Positions 58,788-64,000 of a DNA stretch of 64,000 bases are shown here, one piece after another (position 1 is the stretch's first letter; the number at the start of each line of letters is the position of its first letter). Below the pieces are notes generated by a model. The model saw only the letters and a list, made by a program, of their open reading frames with translations. It made no database searches and was not told the origin of the DNA. This DNA is from Nitrosarchaeum sp. (GTDB lineage Archaea; Thermoproteota; Nitrososphaeria; Nitrososphaerales; Nitrosopumilaceae), in contig OZ245020.1 in assembly GCA_965223865.1 (NCBI GenBank), positions 288,001 to 352,000 of the forward strand. The letters are read 5' to 3'. The translations under genes and the position numbers were made by a program.

Positions 58788-59611
58788 GATATCAGTTGAA
58801 CAGTATTCCAATTAAGGACAAGATTCCCGAATTAGATGTAGCTATAGAGGCTGTGATTGAAGCAGGAAAGGCAATTTTGGAGATTTATGGTGGAAATTAT
58901 GAATCCTCTACTAAGAGCGATGATTCTCCTATAACTGAAGCTGATCTAAAAAGTAATGAAGTAATTAAAAATATTCTAGCAAAAACAAATCATATTATTT
59001 TGTCTGAAGAAGATGAGGATGATCAAAGTAGATTATCAAAAGAAATAGTTTGGATAGTAGACCCACTTGATGGGACTTCAGATTTTATTGACAAGACCGG
59101 TGAATTTACTGTAATGATAGCTCTTGTAAAAAACAAAAAACCAATTGTAGGAGTTATTGGTTGGCCAACTGAAAAAACTATTTTTGCTGCACAAAAAGAT
59201 AGTGGAGCCTTTAGATATTCAAATGGTAAATGGGGAAAAATTCAAGTTACTAAAATTTTAGAACTATCAAAATGTAGAGTTGTTGGATCTAGACATCATC
59301 TATCAGATACCGAGAAAATGTTTATCGAAAAATTAGGAGTTGTTGATTTTACCAGTATTGGAAGTTCTTTAAAGGTAGGAAAGATTAGTTCAGGTGAAGC
59401 AGAGGCATACATTACTACAACAAACAAGATGAAGGAATGGGATTCAGCTGCATCATATTGTATTGTAAATGAGGCCGGAGGTAAAATGACAGATATGTCA
59501 GGAAGTGACCTTTCATACAACAACAAAATTGTAAATCATCTGAATGGAATTCTTGTAACAAATGGTTTAATCCATGAAAAAATAGTAAATGAATTTAAAA
59601 AATTATGCTAG
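58757..59611 (+). CDS. cysQ: 3'(2'),5'-bisphosphate nucleotidase (inositol monophosphatase family)
   Basis: SPITEAD, LSEE, WIVDPLDGT, GSSLK, EWDSAA; adjacent to cysC. Confidence 0.88.
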   Translation: MDVKAGINYLGYQLNSIPIKDKIPELDVAIEAVIEAGKAILEIYGGNYESSTKSDDSPITEADLKSNEVIKNILAKTNHIILSEEDEDDQSRLSKEIVWIVDPLDGTSDFIDKTGEFTVMIALVKNKKPIVGVIGWPTEKTIFAAQKDSGAFRYSNGKWGKIQVTKILELSKCRVVGSRHHLSDTEKMFIEKLGVVDFTSIGSSLKVGKISSGEAEAYITTTNKMKEWDSAASYCIVNEAGGKMTDMSGSDLSYNNKIVNHLNGILVTNGLIHEKIVNEFKKLC

Positions 59612-60118
59612 ATTTCTTTCTTTGAGAAATACCTTGACTTTGTTTGCACTATCTGAGAGAGATTCGTGTTCTGTATCAATTACTAAATCTGCATTGGGTG
59701 GTGCTTCATATGGATCATCAATTCCTGTAAATCCTTTAATCTCTCCTTTTCTTGCTTTGGTATACATACCTTTGACATCTCTTTCTTCGCATTTTTCTAC
59801 TGAACACTTTACATAGCATTCTGCAAACTGGTCTCCTGCATCAATGATTTTTCTTGCATTTTCTCTATTCTCAATGTATGGTGAGACTAGTGATACTGCA
59901 CTTGGAACGCCGTGTTTTAGCAACAGTTTGGCCAGGTGAGCAACTTTTTTGTTGTGTTCATCTCTTCCTGCTTTTGAAAAGTCTTTAGGAGAAAACCATT
60001 CTCTTAGCTCATCACCGTCAAGCATAGCCAAATTAGGAATATCTTTTTGCAAATCTTTTACGATTGTAGTCTTACCTGAGCAGGGAAGACCAGTCATCCA
60101 CAGAACAAAAGGTTTCAT
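59603..60118 (-). CDS. cysC: Adenylyl-sulfate kinase
   Basis: WMTGLPCSGKTT, LDGD, RDVKGMY, FTGIDDPYEAP. Confidence 0.96.
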   Translation of the reverse strand: MKPFVLWMTGLPCSGKTTIVKDLQKDIPNLAMLDGDELREWFSPKDFSKAGRDEHNKKVAHLAKLLLKHGVPSAVSLVSPYIENRENARKIIDAGDQFAECYVKCSVEKCEERDVKGMYTKARKGEIKGFTGIDDPYEAPPNADLVIDTEHESLSDSANKVKVFLKERNLA

Positions 60119-60154
60119 AAATCAATTTTTAGATTAGGCCATAAAGAGCTTGCG

Positions 60155-60703
60155 TTAATTTTGAAACCAAGGTTGATTTTCAAGAAATTCAATTTCTTTA
60201 ATCATGTCATCTACTTTTTTTGTAATGGCAGTAATGGATCTATATTGTTCATACATTTCAATTTCTTCTTCTTTTGAAAGAACTTCAGCTTCTGATTTAT
60301 CAAAGAAAGCATTTTCTTTATTCAAGTGATCATATAGGTAAATTCCATAGGTTTTCAAAAATCTAGACACAGGTTCTCTTTCATCGTGACCTTGTCTCCA
60401 TCGCTGTAAATGTTTTGAAATTTGTCGTGCAATATTTCTACCAAATTCATGTTCTATCATAAACCCACGAATTTCTTCTTTTAGTGTATCATAACTTGCT
60501 ACACAGGGAAAATAAGAATTTTCTTCCCTTGGATGATGAATTGCATCTACAAAATCAGAGATTATTATCATTATCTTTTCAATATCTGAAAATGGTATAT
60601 TGCCACCTTTAGCAATTTCTTCAGAGCATTTCAGAACAACTTTTTCTAAGCGTCTTACTTGAACATGATCTTTTCGAAGTTGATCAGTTGCACTCATTAT
60701 CAT
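60155..60703 (-). CDS. Hemerythrin-domain protein
   Basis: L..DH, HHPREE..YFP, EHE, HLNKE. Confidence 0.9.
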   Translation of the reverse strand: MIMSATDQLRKDHVQVRRLEKVVLKCSEEIAKGGNIPFSDIEKIMIIISDFVDAIHHPREENSYFPCVASYDTLKEEIRGFMIEHEFGRNIARQISKHLQRWRQGHDEREPVSRFLKTYGIYLYDHLNKENAFFDKSEAEVLSKEEEIEMYEQYRSITAITKKVDDMIKEIEFLENQPWFQN

Positions 60704-60822
60704 ATATTGAAAAAAGGCTGATTTAATGTGTTATGAGTTTAAAAAAGATGGTCTATAATCAATGAATCAATCTAGCTTGACTAAATTGGCTTTTATCTAT
60801 AGTAAAACAATTCTTTTCAATA

Positions 60823-62205
60823 ATGAATTCTGTTTTATTTTCCATATTGAGTTTATTCAAAGGACAGATTCAAGATATTACAATGTTTGAAAATATTGAT
60901 ACTAGGTTAATTTTAGAAAAGGTTTTTGAGATTCAGGAATCTATAGGGACTTTATCAATTCAAGATGGACCGATTGCAAGTGCGCATGTAGTTTTACTTG
61001 CTGCAGGTGTAGTAGTTTTTCTTGGAGTAGCAGGCGAGGCATTCTTTAAAAAAACTGGAATTCCTGATGTAGCATTTTTAATGATATTGGGGGTGATTAT
61101 TGGACCAGTACTTGGAATCATTCAGCCTGAAGCAGTGATTCAAGTTGTTCCTTATTTTGCTGCACTTGCACTAATTATCATTATGTTTGATGGTGGGTTA
61201 AATCTTGACATTAAGCACATAGTAAGAACCGCACATTTTGCATTTACTCTTGCAATTCTTGGATTTATTTTATCCGTTGTTTTAGTAACATTTGGCGCTC
61301 ATTATGTTTTGGGATGGCTTTGGCTAGAAAGTATTCTTTTAGGAGCTATTGTTGGTGGAAGTAGTTCAGCAATTGTTTTTGGCCTTGTTCGAAACATTAG
61401 AATTTCTGAAGAAACAAAATCCATGTTAAGCTTTGAATCAGCATTAACAGATATTTTATCCACAATTGTAGCTTTTATTTTATTTGAGGCTGTGCTTGTA
61501 GGTCAATTTGATCTACAAACATTACAAGAGACATTGGGTCGAGCTATTGTTGTTGGATTAGTTTTAGGTTTTGGAGTCGGAATACCATGGATGTATGTAT
61601 CAACAAAGCTTGCAAATGCACAGCATGGATATATGCTGACTTTAGGAATATTGTTTGTACTGTTCTTTTTGGCAAATTCATTTGGAGAATCTGGTGCACT
61701 TACAGCATTAGTATTTGGTTTGATGTTAGGAAACAAAAGCCATCTTTCAAAAATACTGCGATTTAAACTACCAAAGATTGAGATGGATGATCCAACACAT
61801 AATCAGCTTACATTTTTGGTGAGATCTTTTTTCTTTGTGTTTGTAGGATTAATGGCTAGTTTTGGTAAAATTGAATATGTGATTTTTGGAGTTTTAATTA
61901 CAATAGCCATTTATTTTGGAAGAACTATTATTGGAAAAATTACACTAACTAAGAAATTTTCTAGGTTGGATAGAAAAGTTACCTATGTTATGATTCCACG
62001 GGGATTGGCAGCAGCAGTTCTTGCAACGTATCCAATAACTATGGGTTTACCAAATTCAGATGCATATCCTCAAATTGTATTTTTCATAATTTTATCATCA
62101 GTAATAATTACGACGATTGGTTTAGGAAGAACAAAAAACATTCCTCCTCCAGAATCTGTTGAGGGTGGATTTGTCAAACCGCCAAATAACCCACAAAATC
62201 CCTAA
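60823..62205 (+). CDS. CPA1-family cation/H+ antiporter
   Basis: IPDV..L...G.IIGP, FDGGL, FESALTD, FFFVFVG, PRGLAAAVLA. Confidence 0.9.
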   Translation: MNSVLFSILSLFKGQIQDITMFENIDTRLILEKVFEIQESIGTLSIQDGPIASAHVVLLAAGVVVFLGVAGEAFFKKTGIPDVAFLMILGVIIGPVLGIIQPEAVIQVVPYFAALALIIIMFDGGLNLDIKHIVRTAHFAFTLAILGFILSVVLVTFGAHYVLGWLWLESILLGAIVGGSSSAIVFGLVRNIRISEETKSMLSFESALTDILSTIVAFILFEAVLVGQFDLQTLQETLGRAIVVGLVLGFGVGIPWMYVSTKLANAQHGYMLTLGILFVLFFLANSFGESGALTALVFGLMLGNKSHLSKILRFKLPKIEMDDPTHNQLTFLVRSFFFVFVGLMASFGKIEYVIFGVLITIAIYFGRTIIGKITLTKKFSRLDRKVTYVMIPRGLAAAVLATYPITMGLPNSDAYPQIVFFIILSSVIITTIGLGRTKNIPPPESVEGGFVKPPNNPQNP

Positions 62206-62426
62206 TGAATAATTTTAGTTCTATGATCTTCTTACATTCAAAATATAATTAAATTAATAGAAATCTTAAACAATTAAGAAAAATTATTTGAAGACAATTC
62301 TTCATGAAGAAATATTCATTGTTTGATTTAGATTTTATTTGAGGAATTTAGTAACAGATCAATTAAGAAAACTACTTACGCTTGTGTGAAAGTTATTTTT
62401 GTTTTTTTAATCAAGAGAAAAAGAGA

Positions 62427-63341
62427 TTATAGATCTAATGAGTCTTTAAGACCTTTGTATCTATTTCGGATAGTTACTTCAGTTACATTTGCAGCTTCTG
62501 CTATATCTCTTTGAGTTTTATCCTCACCATTTTTGACACAAGACAAGTATAATGCTGCTGCAGCCAGCCCCATAGGATCTTTTCCTGCTGAAACTTCGTT
62601 TTCTTGTGCTTGCTTTAGTACTTTGATTGCATATCTTTTTGTTTTTTCTGCAATTCCAATTCTACTTGCAATTCTTGCAACACATTGAATGGAATCAGTT
62701 ACAGGCATCTTTAAATCAAGTTCTTTTACTAATAATCTGTAGCATCGAGCAATATCTTTTCTTTTTATGTTTGCTGCTTGCTCTACATCTTTGAGGTTTC
62801 TTGGTGTTTCAGTGTCTCGACATGCAGCATATAACGCAGATGCCATCAATGCGGAAATAGAACGTCCTCTGACAAGGCCCTTATCAAGAGCTTTTCTATA
62901 GATGTAAGCTGCTTTTTCGATTACAGCATCAGAAATTGCGAGTTTGTCTTTTAATCTATTTAATTCACTAAATGCTTGCCTAAAGTTTCTATCAACTGGT
63001 TCATGAACTTGACTTCTACTGTCCCAGGTTCTAAGTCTTTCAATGGTGCTTTTCATTGATGCAGTTAACGGACGACCTGAGGCGTCCTTGTTGACAGGAT
63101 TAATGATTGTAGCCAATCCCATATCATGCATAGTTAAAGATGTTGGTGCACCTGCTCGAGCTCGATCGCCATGTTCATCTTGGGTAAAGGATCTCCATTC
63201 TGGTCCCGATTCTTGTAATTTCTCAGTAATAACAAAGCCACATTTAGAGCAAAACATTTCTCCAGATTCATTGTCTGTGACTAGTTTACCCTGAGCGCAT
63301 CTTGGACACAATTCTTTTGGGTTTTTAGATTGATTTACCAT
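62427..63341 (-). CDS. tfb: Transcription initiation factor TFB
   Basis: Zn ribbon CPRC...CSKCG, GPEWRSF, two cyclin repeats, VTEVTIRNRYK. Confidence 0.97.
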   Translation of the reverse strand: MVNQSKNPKELCPRCAQGKLVTDNESGEMFCSKCGFVITEKLQESGPEWRSFTQDEHGDRARAGAPTSLTMHDMGLATIINPVNKDASGRPLTASMKSTIERLRTWDSRSQVHEPVDRNFRQAFSELNRLKDKLAISDAVIEKAAYIYRKALDKGLVRGRSISALMASALYAACRDTETPRNLKDVEQAANIKRKDIARCYRLLVKELDLKMPVTDSIQCVARIASRIGIAEKTKRYAIKVLKQAQENEVSAGKDPMGLAAAALYLSCVKNGEDKTQRDIAEAANVTEVTIRNRYKGLKDSLDL

Positions 63342-63469
63342 CTCACGATTCTAGGTTCTTGAGTTTGTTGGTATTTATGAATCATCAACTTTTATGCTTA
63401 AATTTTGGGCGTGTGAACCTGATAATAACACAGAATAGTCATTATGGAGATATTATTTTAGGAAAAACC

Positions 63470-64000
63470 ATGAAGTTATACGGGATTATCTCTTTGATGG
63501 TATTTGCGATCATTGTTTTGCTTCCAAGTGCATTTGCAGATACAAAAAACCTAACCATGGAAGGGAGCATGGACATTACTATTACATATCCAAATGAAGT
63601 TGTAATTGACAGAATTGTCTCGGTATCGATACTAGTAGAAAACAAGGGTTGGGAAGATAAACAAGACATTTCCTTTGTGTTTACTAGCCAAGATAATGCA
63701 TTAGTTCCTCTAATATCAAATAGTGTAATAATAGAAAAACTGTCACAAGGAGGTTCGTTTGGAGGAAATATCGATTTTCAAGTATCAGAAAATGCCAATC
63801 CTGGAACTAACTTTCTAAATGTAAAATATTCTCAAATTCTTGTTGCAAATAATGAAAATCCTCAAGAGAAAATGTTTCAAGATATTGCAATTCCAATTAC
63901 AATAAAAGAAAAGCCAAATGTTATAGTATATACAAAGACACCAGAATCAATTTTTGCAAAGGCGGAATTTCCAATAGAGGTGGAAGTAATTTCTGAGGAT
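63470..64000 (+). CDS. Secreted Ig-like/S-layer-associated protein, 5' part truncated by the window edge
   Basis: Manual translation MKLYGIISLMVFAIIVLLPSAFADTKNLTMEGSMDITITYP...VENKG...IAIPITIKEKPNV; open to the window end. Confidence 0.75.
   Translation, partial: MKLYGIISLMVFAIIVLLPSAFADTKNLTMEGSMDITITYPNEVVIDRIVSVSILVENKGWEDKQDISFVFTSQDNALVPLISNSVIIEKLSQGGSFGGNIDFQVSENANPGTNFLNVKYSQILVANNENPQEKMFQDIAIPITIKEKPNVIVYTKTPESIFAKAEFPIEVEVISED

Noticed and set aside
63442-63669. 75-aa minus-strand ORF
   Set aside because: Antisense to the signal-peptide-bearing plus-strand CDS starting at 63470

Overview
AT-rich chromosomal segment of an ammonia-oxidising archaeon (Nitrososphaerota/Thaumarchaeota, Nitrosopumilus-like). 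The assignment rests on archaeal information-processing genes (aIF2 alpha/gamma, rpS6e, Nop10, PriS/PriL, TFB, RPA, LSm, GPN GTPase), two ESCRT-III/CdvB paralogues, bacterial-type MetK and anaerobic-route cobalamin genes (cbiD-G-X-C, cbiA, cobO; cbiT-L-F). Also present: sulfate assimilation (sat, cysH, cysC, cysQ), preQ0/archaeosine genes (queC, folE, queE), two-subunit aconitase X, DNA repair (Lhr, RadA paralogue, Nfo, Nth), glyS and tRNA-Gly(CCC). I saw no IS, integrase or CRISPR array. Most notable observations: (1) two GC-rich structured intergenic RNA candidates, a ~135-nt multiply pseudoknotted one with its own promoter (57443-57577) and a 71-nt K-turn RNA (45291-45361); (2) a position-locked promoter architecture shared by the two cdvB paralogues 25 kb apart; (3) a three-gene module (soluble wHTH, membrane-spanning wHTH with a PPTN repeat stalk, secreted helical protein) behind a direct-repeat operator; (4) a MurI-like racemase with both catalytic Cys replaced by Ser, a ThiI-like protein lacking its PP-loop, and a CbiX with only the C-terminal active site; (5) several micro-proteins missed by the ORF track and one frameshifted secreted-protein gene. 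All family calls come from motif recognition by eye; no searches were run.
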